A model generated the notes under the pieces. That model did no database searches, was not told where the DNA came from, and worked only from the letters and a program-made list of their open reading frames with translations. Made by a program: the position numbers and the translations under genes. Positions 24,076 to 38,200 of a stretch of 64,000 nucleotides of DNA are shown here, piece by piece. The DNA lies in the NCBI RefSeq assembly GCF_031769215.1, contig NW_026781894.1, positions 372,001-436,000 on the forward strand, given 5' to 3'. The first letter of the stretch is position 1. Each line of letters starts with the position of its first letter. Origin of the DNA: Ylistrum balloti (taxonomy: Eukaryota).

Positions 24076-27000
24076 TCAAAGTTTTGTTTTAAATCAAGAT
24101 TTAATTCGCATGGCAGTTTTTTCTTCTTGTTTATAAATATCAATACTACTGATATCATTTCTATTCAATGTTTACAGTGTTCTCGTAGCATACGATACGA
24201 CTTTTTATACTTTGTCACGGGTGTCCTTTCTGGCCAATAGAAAACGTGGAATTGCAATGAAAAAATAGTAATCACATGTGCATGATATTTTTGCTGATTA
24301 CGTGTGTACTACAGCACATTGTGATATCGGGCTTTAAAAACGAAATGAAATCACACATTCATAGATTACATTGTAACGTTATGGAGCTCATGAATATAGA
24401 CCCGAAATGACATCAAGTTTGAAATGGAAATATTTTTTCTATAATGTTTGTCTAAATAACTGACCATGACATAACACTGATCTCGAATTTATTTCTATTC
24501 GATATGTAGTTAAGAATACTCGTCACTGTGTTTTCATTTGGCTTAAATTACATATCCAATTGAAAGTCATGCTTTATCCTGTATGTATGATGTCAATTAA
24601 TCGCACCAATGACACATGCCATAAATCGAATCACCATACCAACAATAAGAACTCATTATATCGTTGATACATATACTTTATCAAATTATACCGTACCGAT
24701 GATATACATATTTTGAATCAATTTACAGTATCGGGTTACTAACCAATGGTAGTTTCCTTATAACAGTAGCATGAATCAAATTATCATACTTAGTACCTAT
24801 GCTTTCTATGTTATCATAACACTGCATGAAGATCGTCGATGAAGAAGAAGACGCTTGCTTTTCCGGAACACCTGGTTTTATTATCCTTGTTCTTTTTCAG
24901 GAATCTCCGTGTAAATCTTTCTTTTGTTCATATTTTGCCCTAGTTTTGTGGAATTTGGGTTCGGATTATGATTATAAATTTACATGTTGGTATTTTCTGG
25001 TTGTTTTTCGTACCTATGTTTATTTTATGAAGCAAGTGACTATACATATGCTATAAACTCTATAATAATTTACGAATGAAATGTTACATAATTATGACAT
25101 AAACAGAGAAGATGAAACGCAAGTGAGATTATGGTTTTTGTAACGTGACATGTCATTTACTGAGGTAAGAGACCATTCCTGTGTGACATCAAAGCCGTTC
25201 ATTTTACTACATTACCAAATGGGTACTTTATCGTGTTAGCTTTGTCCAAGAAATAGAATATTAGATTTGTACGATCCAGTTAACGTCGAGTTTATCGTAT
25301 AAATGGCGGAGACTGTGATTTACGTCTGGAGGAGAGAATCACGTGACATGAGGGTGGTTACATCACAACGTTCAGGATGTAGTCGAGAGTGCGGGTTTTT
25401 ATTTAATAATCTAATATAAACTTAATTAGCTTCTAGGCACATCTTGTTGATAAATTGATACTGCGGTTATCTGTTACATAACCAAATCCGTTTGGTAATC
25501 TCAGAACAACATCAAATTTAGGTAACTTGACATAGAGCTGATAAAACCATTGAAAGATAACTAAATTATGTCGCAAAAAATGATGTGAAACATATTCTTA
25601 TGTTGCAATTTGAAGATTGAATGCCTTCACAAGTATATCGTTTGGTTTTGGTAAATGGGTCACAGTTTGACGAAGCAAGAGAATATTTCTACAGCCTGAA
25701 GCCTAATTTCAGTCCTTGCGATGCGTTGTTAACTATTAATAATTGCCGCTGCTGACAAGACATATTACATGTTGAGTATAATACCACGACAGTTGGTATG
25801 AGAGGGAGCGACGGAGGCCCGCACAGACAGCACCGTATTGTATGTATCATTACTTACATCACCATGACATCTAATCTATTGAGTCAATTCAATCAAAACG
25901 GAAACTAGCTTTACTCCTTGCCATTTACAAATGAGAATTTGAATATATCTATCCAAAATAAAGTCATGTCTTTTGATTCATAATAGAACTCAGATATGTC
26001 TATATATAGAAAGACGAGGTACTCATTGTACGACATGGCCGTGACGTTTAATGGCATGTAAGAGATCCTCGAACGCTCCCGGGACCGTATATTATTAACA
26101 AAGTATAACAAGTCTTGAAATACAAGTGATGTACACGCGTTCTTTACTTATAAACCGAAAGTTGATCTTTTGGAGAAGTTTTACGAAATATTTTAATTAT
26201 CAATTCGGTATGGGAAATGAGAAATTTGTTAAATTCTTATCAAATGGGGGAAATTAATTGCTGTGGTAACGCTCCGGTGATTTTCAGCAAATGAAAAAGC
26301 TATCAACAGTGCTTAAATATAACTGAGAAGGGTAATTATTCTTGTGTATAACAGCCTCGTGGTTCCCGACACTGATCTTTATTAGTGAGTGAAAATGTTT
26401 TGGAATGTTACATAGTTTCAGAAAATTTGTCTTACATGTAGTTCCCAAGACAGCCAGGCCTCGGTTGTTCATAGGCTGGTTGTTTGGTGAAAATTTTCAT
26501 AAATAAATTAAACAAAATCGGAAACACTCTTTTTTCATTTTTACAACTGTATATATATTGAAGCTGGCCAGATTGATATATTTGGAGTGTTGATTTTGCA
26601 TTTAACACTCCTATTTGTTCAGTAGCAACAATTTAAAATGTTCACTAATCACCGATTAATTCTAACTATATTTTGAACCACTGGGATCTGGTGCCAAGTT
26701 GTATGTCACATGACAATGCGTAACGTTTTAATTTTCTCAGAACCACGTACAAAGGCTATGTTTGACGTAGCTTGATATTTTTTCATCGCACACGATATTT
26801 GATTCTAATTGAGATATACGTAATGAAAATTGAAATCACCACTAAGATTTTAAAAATTTGAAATGATCCCTCCCTAACAAATACAAATGGCTCCAGAATA
26901 GTTTTTTAAAAAATCGCGTTGACGATATATGGATGAGAGTTTGACACAGGCTGCTATCGCGCGCATGGACAAATGTGACAATCCGGTTGTGAACTGATTG

Positions 27001-27884
27001 ATAACTGTTAGAGTTTTACGTCGTGTGATACAGACAGTTGGAAGCCGTGTGGAGAGAGCAACCACCAACATTGGTGGATAAGTCTACACTGTTTAGGGAA
27101 GGCGTTATCCAGGTGTAATAGTCATCATTCTTTCAAGGTGATGATTTTCAATCCACCAACGTGCTGCCGCAAAAATATCAATATACCTTAGAGCTGGGCC
27201 AAAGGGGGAGCCAATGTTTACCTAGCCATCAACAACCTTCATTCATTCTACCGATAATACAGACAAGCGCTGGGTCTTCTTCTTAAATGTTCACATTTGC
27301 GAATCTCCAGAAGCTCTTCACTGACAAAGACAGCGATTAGTTCCTGTAGTTTTTGTGCCAGAGACGTAACATAACACTTGCTAGCATATCTCTTCATGGT
27401 TGTTATAAATAGTCGTAGTCCCTCATGGATATGGTACACTTTAACACACAAGTGTATCTATTAAGTGTTTGAGTGTGATAAATCTATGGACCTTAATTGA
27501 TGATGTATCCTCGTTTGCTGTGTTAAGGGTCGGTGTTCAGTGTACGTGTAGTTCGTACGGATCCGTATCTGACCATCCTGACATTTATCGATCTTTCGTC
27601 GTTCCTTACTCCGTACTCCCGGATCCTATTGGTGGAGTTTCCATTATAAATTGTTTCGCGGAAGATTAAATATATTTAATTGGTCGCCATGCATGCTCGA
27701 ACTATCTGGTGTCGAAATTTTTGACGAACTCAATAGTACTGTAAGCTTACTGACTTACATTCCTAGCTACTGGTGTTATATATGTGACAGGTAAAATGTA
27801 ATTATTGAAAGCTGGTGGTCTATTTATTTTCTTTATATCAATATTAGATAACAATGATGTTATTAGATAACTGACTTAATCAAC

Positions 27885-28129
27885 ATGGGATGTATCTACG
27901 CTAAAAGGAGAAAAGAAGCTTTAAGAAAGGGCTTGGATATCACTTCAAACTCACATAGAAAGAAAACCTATCTTAAAAACGTTAACCAATGTGACGGCTC
28001 TCCTCAACAGTCCCGAGGACTAACGGAACCTGCCCCTGAATTTACCGACCGACAGAGGGAGCTAGTGGTCCAGACATGGGGAATCATACAGGAAGATATG
28101 GCACGTGTCGGTGTTGTCATGTTTATGAA
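27885..28129 (+). CDS. GbX: Globin X-like (N-acylated, membrane-type) globin, coding exon 1: N-terminal extension plus helices A-B
   Basis: ATG in caacATG context. Encodes MGCIYAKRRKEALRK...PEFTDRQRELVVQTWGIIQEDMARVGVVMFM, a globin A helix (TW) and B helix resembling vertebrate globin X (AKVGIIMFVRLFETHPE, recalled). Ends AA|GTAAGT, a consensus phase-2 donor (245 nt = 81 codons + 2). Orthology to GbX is by recalled similarity, not phylogeny. Confidence 0.92.
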
Positions 28130-31100
28130 GTAAGTAAAATTTGCTTTTTCATATAGCGTCATATTTTGTTTCGTCGTGTTTAATAACCGAGAAAAGATTG
28201 TTCACTCTTAAATATTAGAATGTAGTGTCATCGGAAATTATTCTGTATTTTTGATTTGTAATAAAAGAACCGACCAGACATCTGATATCTTAATTTTCAG
28301 CAAGATAGTTAAACTACAAATCTCAGTAAAACACCATGTATTACAAATAATTAAAATAAATTACTACATTCCGATGTTTAATGACTATATATGATGGCTA
28401 ATGATGGCCTGAGTTAAATATTTCCTAACGAAACAGTCAACATGACTTCCTAGAAGAATATCAAATCTTAGTGGTATATTCATGGTAATCAAAGTCTTTA
28501 CTTTATCATAGATGTCCCAAGTGTAATATCGAAACGAGCCTAGTTATATTGTATAGCAACATACCAAATTGACGTACACACTGTCGGGCATGTCCTTCAC
28601 ATACCTAAAATCGCTTCCGTACCTCCAGATCATCAAAGATTTAATATTAATCTCTTTTCTTTTGAATCCTTCTTGCACTAAATATGACAGAAAAAATACG
28701 TGCTGTCTGAAATCAGAGAAAAAAAAAAATAGAAAAAAGGGCTCTCAATCAATAACTCCTAATACTTTACAGCTCCCCCTCCCCCTAGCCCATCCCTCAC
28801 CTCACCCCAACACACCGTAAATCGTCCGCCCTTACCTTACACCATTAACTTGAAAATACATCACCTTACTATGATTATCTACCAACTTAACGCTTGGTGT
28901 ATACCAATACCGTCAAAATGACTTTTCGAGTGAAATAGGTACATAGTAGGTTCACGCATATATTAGTCTTCAAGAAGTCACTAGAACTTTTGTCATATAT
29001 ACATCTAAACTCACAACATGTTACGTTCATATCAGTATAAAATCAAATCTCTTAAATATACGCCGTGGTTATCCCTGGCAACACGTTAAGTGTAAATATT
29101 CCATCCCTAGTTTTTTGTTTTTTGTTTTTGTATTAATTGATTTCTAATATTCTTCGTCTACATCAGTACAGAACGATTTTGCCAAGGTCAGCTTAACATT
29201 ATTATCTCCGGCGCTACGATAATATCATTGTTTGTAAAGTATTGTCTTTGACTCTATATTAGGTCTTTCCCTATTCCATATAAGAACAAACCTGTTGTCC
29301 TGAACACATAGTTCAGCTAAGTACTTGTGTATAAATCGGTATAATACTTTTAAGACTGAGTCTACCTCAGTAAAAGTCTACTGATCCTACCGCTTCAACC
29401 GTGTCAGCATAAATATAGGACCTTAAGCTATTTCTCATTTCATATGGAATTTTACGAAACGAGTCAAGAAATTGTTACTTTTGCGACATTTTGGGACCAA
29501 AAGTTAAAACTTCAAGACGAGACAAGTCTCATATGAAGTGAACAATGCCGAGAAATGTTACATTTTGACAGGTTTTAAAGTAAAAATGTGAGGACAAAAT
29601 CAAATGGAGGCAGTCGCTTTGTAACGCCATTTTTAATTCATGATATAAAGTCATTGTCCATATTAAGACATTAAAATTGAACAGGTCTGTTGTGTCATGT
29701 CATATGGTTTCCCCCTATTGGCTCGCTCTCTAACTGTTACATGAATAAACTGTATATGTCTAGGCTATACTTAAGGTTAACGACTTTCCTGCGTGGTGTA
29801 AAGTTAAACAATAATAAAAGTGATAATAATGGGATAATAAATGTCGGTCTATGTAGAACCACAGTCAGATAGATTTATAGGGGCGAATATAGCGGCTGAC
29901 CCTCTGTCATTCCGTTGACCGACAGTAATCATCTATATAACGTTTTTATCGTCAGATTTGCCAGACAAATGTGTGTATAAATCATAACGATTTTTTATTT
30001 ATTCATCTTTCCATGGTAACATTACCAGTCTATAGAACCAATTTGATTAGTTTTACCAGCATGTTAAACTTAACGCCACGCTGTGGCTACGCAATGCAAT
30101 ATTACAGACAGCAACTACAATTTATATAATCTTACACGGGCCTGTTCCGTGGACAGAGATATCTCGGCCCGAGTTTCAAAGTTTGACTGGTCAGCAAAAG
30201 GTTTAACCTATGTTTGATTTTTTTCTCATGCTCCTAAAAGGTAACAAATTGCAAATTGTTGTGGAAACATATTTATCCATATGCTCAATTTATCGCTCGA
30301 GTGTATTGCGGTACCGTACATAACACCTCTGTAAATGGTTCACGCAATTTCAAAACTTGAAAACGTATTGTGTCAAATAAGAAATTATTTCATTCTTTTT
30401 GGTCTTTGCCCAAATCATGAGACCACAATTGATTTCTGCCTAGCACAGCCAATGTAGCCAATATACACAAAATATTACATGGATATAACTGATAACAGGC
30501 CGATCATATGATAAAGAGTTATTTCATCTCTAACAACTCTAGCAAATACGAGGCAGTGTCACATCCTCGAAGTCATGACAGCCATAATGACGTTGACGGT
30601 CTCTTTCGGTTAATTTTCAAATTGCCAACCAGGCGAATGTCGGGTCATATTTGGTACAATTGATTGGTTGTGAAATCAGACAGAACACTGGAAAAATGAC
30701 GATTGGAAATCAGATTTTAAAAAAAGGCCGTGGAGGGGGGATGGGAGAGCCTGAGATTGGTAGTGGGGGAGGGACTGAGATCCGGACAGAATGACACATG
30801 TGATTACGTTTAAATAACTACGAATTAAAGAATCTGGAATATCCCCCATAAGCACATGTATCTGGAACGTAAACAACCCAGCAAAGATTACGTTCGGAGC
30901 ACTCAGATAACAACAAAATTTTATATTTTCGCTATTTGCGCCATTTAAAAGACAAGTCTATATCTAAAACACGTTTGACTAACAATTACATCAAGTTACG
31001 AACGCATTCCACATCAAGTTTCGCCTTGAAATGTCTTTCTTCTCTCGACTTTCTCAGGCGATCAATTCATCTCTTTAAGACGGAAATACGTCATTCAGTT

Positions 31101-34100
31101 CAATTATAGTTCAATCGGCTAGATCATTGAAAATCTATATTTAGAAATGACGTACTTCCGTCTTTTTGTATATGATTCATAGAGGACTGAAGTTTTGCTC
31201 GAGTTGTTTACGTTCCAGATGCAGGTGCTAGTGTATCACCTTATCATTGCAAGTACTGACATCTACTTGACCGTTGATAATGTAACATTCCTGGAGCTTA
31301 CCAAAATAGAACCGACAAGAAACATATCCGATATTTTATCTTAATTTTGCATAGCCAAATGTTGTTCGGAATACGTGCACTAGTAATGTACAAGCTGCCA
31401 GGTAAATTTTATCAAACACCATGTACTATCATTCACGTAGGTATTGCTAATCATGTTATAATTATTGTATCAGTAAACAAAACACATTATTTTTATTTTC
31501 AATATCAAGACATGTTACTGAAAGGCAATGACAAACGACGTATGTTTGCAGAGTAGTTCGCATAAAAATACAATGATTCATAATGTGATGTCATTACCGA
31601 TGCCGGAATTAATGTAAAATTTCAACGGATGTCATCCGTGATAAAATAAACAGCGTAGGAAGCCTACATCAATATTCGGGCATCTAATAAAGATATCAAA
31701 TCATATTGTACACACGATGTTTCAACTGTACTTTTTGAAAATGACAGATAAAAATGATGTGTTCCGTTCTGTAATATATCCCGAAGTTTCATTTGCAGAT
31801 ATCAACACCATATCATGCAGCGATATTGATCATGTGTATCGTGTCTCATGTGACCATTTGCTCTTTTGCTTTTGATCATGCGCGACTATAAAGAACCACA
31901 GATGTGATTTAGTTTTAAATATAAAACACTTCCCCTGTGTGTAATCATGATCAAATTACATTGTACGGTTCTTACATATCCGCCATGTGTAACACTACTG
32001 TTCTGGGTAATAGTCCTCGGGCGCGGATAAAGAATATAAGATAGGCTTAAACGGTTAATGTGCTTACGCGCGGTCTCAAAGGATGCGCCATCTAGTTGGC
32101 CTGCACTGATATTTCCTGGAAGTAACAAGCTCTTTGTAGATCGTCCCTGGCCCCTCTGGTATACTATGTTTTGTACGTGATATTGGACACAGCGACTGTT
32201 CCTTCTACAGAAATAATTCTATGTTCCAATTTCACGTACAAAATTCTTCTATTGAACGTCTGGTTATCTAAGAATGGTGAAGCGAAATGTATTTACATGT
32301 TGCACTGTTTTGTAGATTTCTAGCTTGTAGCAAAATGTTTAATAGATTTTTGAAATCGTTTTTGGCACCTGCCTACAGTAGAGCACACAATTAAACGATT
32401 ATTAGTTTCAAACGTCCTGGCTCTGTCTTTTGAACCATTCCAATTCCCTTTGATCTTTGTTCATAACTGATTGCAGGCAAAAACAGCTTATCAAAATTGC
32501 CTTTAGACATTTGTGTATCCATCCTTTTCGATTATTGGACTCGTTCTGATGTAATAAGTGCATTTGCAACAATGGAAATGTTTTTAAACATATACAATGT
32601 ATAATAATTATCAAATCTTACAAGAATGTATCTCAGTGAATGCTAAATTTGTGAAACAATCATTGAAAAAATTTACTTCATATTTAAAGATTCAAATGAT
32701 TTTTTAACTTCTTGATTGCGTTACTGAGACGTTAAAAATTCAAAAGCTACACCATAAGTTGTTTCTTTTTTCTCGGACTTAAAACATATCTATTCATTGA
32801 ATCAAAGCACAAGAATCAGACATTACATTTTAATGTTTACAAATTATTCCTTAAAGGATGTAGGAAAACAATCAATGCGGAATTGTCTGTATTAGGTACG
32901 CCCTACATATACTTCCTTCGATAAAAAAAGTCGCTTACAACAAAGATGAAGGATAAAAAGGGAAAAAAAATGTCGCTTATTATATTGCAAATAAACATAC
33001 AATATGTGCCAGATAATGAGTAAGACAAAGGGCGATGATTTCGATAGATTTTTATCTCATCTCATTCCTGACGAGTTCTTTTAAAACTACCACATGAAAG
33101 AAATTATGACATATATACAATATTAAGACATGACGGTGTTGACAGTATGAGATAAAAACAGTTGTAGCAGAAGGTCTCAGTAAGATCATCGAACTGATGC
33201 GAAATGCTATAACTATATGTTTAGTGTAGGGAATTCTGGAGTCTATCTTCATCGTTAAGTTATGACATCACCAGCGCAATATTATATTGTGTTTCTCTAT
33301 CAGTTGGGAAATTGACTAAACTTTGTACTGGCATGACACACGATTTTACCTATAAATTAATTATTCATTTAGTCAGGTAGGTCTAGGGTATACACTTTGA
33401 TATAGGTACACAGTGATTCCTTGGTTACAAGGTAACAAAATAAATTATATCTTGCACAACATTTTGACGCACGCGTGAAGGTCATGTCATGGTTAGTTTT
33501 ATAAGCTGCACTTACCTTATTTTCTACATGATAAACGAAATATCAAACTAATGAAAACAGTTTTACAACCTGATTTTTATTTCATATGATACAACAAAGA
33601 GCGGTAAATTACTCTAAAAGTCTTGATCTATCGTAACATTTTATCTGACTTTAAATGTTATGCAAAATATTACATTTTCTTAAGAAACTTTCATATAAAT
33701 AGCATTCTGGCTCAATATACAAAGGCCTTCTAAAGTAAGTGTTTTGCTTCGCCTTGGTGGTCTAGGGTTCCAGCAGAGAAACTCTATCTTGGTGTTTATA
33801 AGACTTTAAAGACACCTGTCCGTACAACGATCTATAGTCAATCAAGAGGCGTGAAATTGCCTCCATGCTTCATTTCGTCTTCCATCTAACGCCTCATCAA
33901 CTATTTACTAGAAAGCTTCACTGCTGGTACCACTCTATTGGAGCCAGAACCAACATAACTGCAATAACGCGCGTTTTCTTCTTCAACTTAACGAGAAAAT
34001 GAGCGTTCAGTTGACACCTCCTGGAGATATTTTCCCATCTTATTCAAATAAGTAGCATATTCCACTTATGGAGCAAGATGTTGAACTTCAAGTCGTTTAA

Positions 34101-35000
34101 CGTTACACGTTCTTGTATACCCATGTAAAGTTTTCCATCGTAGCAATGATAGATTAGCCACCAATTTGTTCAACAGATATGTTCATGTTCAGGACTTCGT
34201 GGTAATTGTTTTTGATATAAGCCAATTTTTTGTTTGATACATCTAAGCGGATTGGACACAAGTTTTAAAATAACAAAACTAAGAGACACATCTCCAAGAG
34301 AAGGTAGCATATCTCATGCTGGAATCTAACTCATATTACAGTAACACATTTCCAAACTAATTAGTATGTTTCGTATAACATCAACACTTTGCTCTTTGCA
34401 GTTTTATTCCGTCTATATGCTTTCCATCGGCTATTGTGGCTTCAAGCAACAATGGAGAGATTCGATCTGATTGTTACGAAGACCTTACACATTAACGATG
34501 ATAAGGAACATGTTGACGGGGACGTCTGTGGCACAGGAAGCCATGACTACCTCTGGCGTTTGGCGCGATCAAGTTGTCTAATCACGTTTAACCTTTTCGC
34601 TTCCTTATGACTTATTTGTATAGGCAAGATACCAATCTCAAGAATCAGATATACAATGTGTATATGTTATTGTTTATCCCACCGCTCCTAGAGTTCTATT
34701 AACGTCATTTATATATATATATATATCTGTGATTTAATCATTTGATCTGAATTTATAAGGTCGTCTGAAACCGTTTTACGACGCAATTTACTTCATTGTT
34801 TGGCTCTACTGTATCAAACTCTAAATTTGTATTTAAATGTTATATTCATTTGTGTGTCCTTTGTGCTATCTTTGAGATAGCAGATCGTAAACAATACATG
34901 TTGACTTCAAGTCTCCACGGTTTATGTGATATCAGCAAGTTTTGTTTTATTGAACTGATAATAAAATCGGTTTCATAATATAGTGTCGTAATAAGTTCAG

Positions 35001-35221
35001 GCCCCACTTGTATAAAACATCTCAACTTGAGATTTCCTCAAGTCGAGATTTTCCTCAGCTGATATCTCCTCAAAACGGCTTGTATAAAATTTTCTCAAGG
35101 AACAGGAGGAAGTCATCGGCTAGGATGTCCTGAAATTCCTTGAGGAATTTTCATACAAGATATTTTGAAGGAGATATTAGCTGAGGAAATCTCAAGTTGA
35201 GATGTTTTACACAAGTGGAGC
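35001..35221. mobile_element. Palindromic MITE (PIF/Harbinger-like) with 3-bp CAG target duplication
   Basis: Left end GCCCCACTTGTATAAAACATCTCAACTTGAGATTTCCTCA is the reverse complement of the right end TGAGGAAATCTCAAGTTGAGATGTTTTACACAAGTGGAGC. Complementarity continues inward, and CAG flanks both sides (34998-35000 and 35222-35224). Confidence 0.85.
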
Positions 35222-38200
35222 CAGATGCTTAAGAGTTAAACATATAACACCCCTAACCCCAAAAACAAACAACAACAAAATACCTTTACAGAAATGTACA
35301 TCGCTTTAACTTTTAGCATCAGAGCACACACATGTAAAGCTACAAAGTCAATAATTGTGTCATTAATAAGACACCGAGCTAATCTTTCGAATCAGACACC
35401 GAACTTCATGTCTACAAAGTTAACAACCGCGAAGGTGTCGACGACTTGGGGATATAATTAAAAACACGTTGATGGATATATATTTCTTCTGGTCGCCAAC
35501 CTTCTGCGGGTACTGGTGTTGCAGTTTTCTAAGAGTTAGTTTTTTCAGGCCTAACGAACGCCAGAAAGCCTGGACAGATATGTAAAATCTACCGATCAGC
35601 GATAAATGTGTTTTTTTTTATTACCTTGCGAATTTTTATTACAACCAATGGTACACGGTAAGGCCAACATCCAAACTGTTGAAGTATTCGAGCACGCTTA
35701 TTATCTAAAGTGTTGACTGAAGGACTGATCGTTATATTTACAGGGACTGTTATCAATATCAGAGATATTTTTGTATATTTGAAGACATTTAAGTGCTTGT
35801 AGATACAAGATATTTCCTAAATGTCACAAAACATCGAGTTTTTTTCTGAAAAGGCGATACCGTTATGACGATTTGGATTGACAGCAGCTCAGCTTATCTT
35901 TGGTGAAAGACTGCAGAAAGCAAGATCGATAAACTCTGTTTATAAATACCTGCTAGACACTCAATCACAGAACTTGTATATAGAGACACTTATCATGATT
36001 TTAATCATCAACACAAATCCGTCGTGTTAAAGAAATCGTTAAGCATCTATAATTCAAAACTAAAACAAACAGCTCCTAATGGCATATAAACAATGAAGTA
36101 TGGTATATCAACTATTTCCGGATAATATTAAGTTAGGAGTGTAATTCGGGTCCTTTTTACAAATGCCAGCATTCAGTAGAAATCGCTATAGTATACTAAT
36201 GTAGTTCTCGGTCGACTGACCTACAATTCACAATCCAACAATCTCTTGCCAAGTCTAATCCTTACTATCTAGATGGTCCACCACTTCACTCACTAATTAT
36301 TTACCGACGGTTTCTGTGCTTATTTTTCAGTATCTTTATAAGAAAATTAGAATTTCGCTGATCTTCAAATATTCTAGGTAATCGATGTCAACCCTTGCTT
36401 TGTATTTTCAGAACAGAAAAACTGTGATTTATTATATATCGATAAAGCTCATGCTATTTTTTGTTTTTGATAATTAAGGAGAGTTTTTATTCGATCAATC
36501 AATAGACTAACTGAATAATTTATCTAAAATAATTATTTTGGTATGGAAAGAAATCCGATACTACTCTTCCCTTGGATTTCAGGAACGTTTTATAAGGAAA
36601 AAAAATCATCGCTGTAATTTGAGCACTCTCAAGTTTCAAAACATAACATCTCTAAAAATTAAAAAAAAAAAAGAAATGGCTTTTCTCGTTGATACCTCTT
36701 TCATCATTACAGGACGGCCAACATCTTGATGTAGAGACATGATAATCACTAATGGTTTCCGGTAATATGTTAGGCCCTTTTTGTACTGTTGAATTTATGA
36801 TGAAACGCCAGCAAAGATGCATTACAAGATATCAGAGTCATTATGACGATGAAGTTTCAATGTATTTGATAAAGGCAATCCTGTATTGATATATTAAAAC
36901 TCAAGCATGAATGCTGAGAGCTTGTATGTAACATAAAATGGTTGAAACAACAGTTTCTTTAGTTCTTGATTGTTTTCGTCCCCATCGCCTCCCTGGTATC
37001 TATGCTGTACTCCCTTACCATCATCAACGTGTCCTCTGCAAACAAATCAGCAGTAAAATGTACTTTGGTTTATCTTTGTACTCTATCGAACCCAAGAAAA
37101 TGTGTCATTCTCTTGTAAAGCTTATGAAACTTTCGAACTTAATAACAAATGTTATGTATCTACATGTATCTTAATGACTTCACTTTACAATTTCATGATT
37201 GATACAACTTATTACTTTTAAACATAAAACAATTTCTTATAGACAAATTGTTACTCAGGATCAAAACACCAACTCTAACGATAACCGGGGTTTAATTTGT
37301 TTGAACTATGTTATTTCCATCCAAAGGCGAATCGGAAAGACATGTTCTGGTTATCAATACTGCTGAAACACATTTTTAATAGTAACGTCCAGTACCTTCA
37401 ACCGGTGAGGTGGACGAATAAAATTGTTCTAATTTGATGTCAGGAATCGTTTGGCTATTAATCTCTCGGGTCGCGTCCGTGAGAAGCCGAGATAAGGGGG
37501 TCAATGGGTGATCGCTCTTTTGCAATTTCGGCTCTCCAGTAGCACCAATTCTCAACCATTCTGTTCATATCTCAGAAAGTACAAGACAATCGATAAGTGA
37601 CAATTCAATATAACTGAAAATGATTTTGCTTGTTTTTCCGCCTTCTCTTTAAGTTCTTGTATTTTGTACTCGTCACCACTCCCTTCATCTGAAGTAAATA
37701 ACTACTTAGGCAGCCGCGGAACGATGATAGATGCTGGAGGAGGTCTGCACTTAATAATCTCTTTTGAAATTTTCCGTACCTTCGCAATATTCCCTAAAAA
37801 TATGAAGGTAGGTGATGCAAAGTAGGAGAGACATGCTTACATTGCAAGAGAAATGTATTGTTTTGAGTTGTATGATGTTTAAATAATGTTGTATACTATC
37901 TGTGATATGTATTTTTTCATTTTTGTATGAGAAAATATCGATTTAAGTCAAAGTTCGATTTAAAAAATTTACAGAAGCACTGATAAACTCTCTTCATCCA
38001 TCATTATCAGTCATTGATAATTAGACAAACTTTTGTAACATTCTCACCATAATCTTGAATCATGCATCAAAATGTCTTTTTTGCAGTGATTGGAAAGTCA
38101 TTTCCGCTTTTAATAGATTACCTTTTGGGATATGTTGTCATGAACAGGTTTCTCAAACTATCACCTGATTAACCAATAATGTCAATAAAGCATATAGTTT

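Noticed and set aside
25339-25347. TCACGTGAC E-box/HRE-like site upstream of the globin as a hypoxia element
   Set aside because: CACGTG recurs elsewhere (e.g. about 46265 and about 50445), and several copies are expected by chance in 64 kb.
26874-27451. GC-richer stretch with short minus-strand ORFs just upstream of the globin
   Set aside because: All three frames have frequent stops and no recognisable motif.
32083-32101. CTCF-like motif (minus strand GCCAACTAGATGGCGC)
   Set aside because: It is a single imperfect match with a mismatch at a core position and no supporting context.
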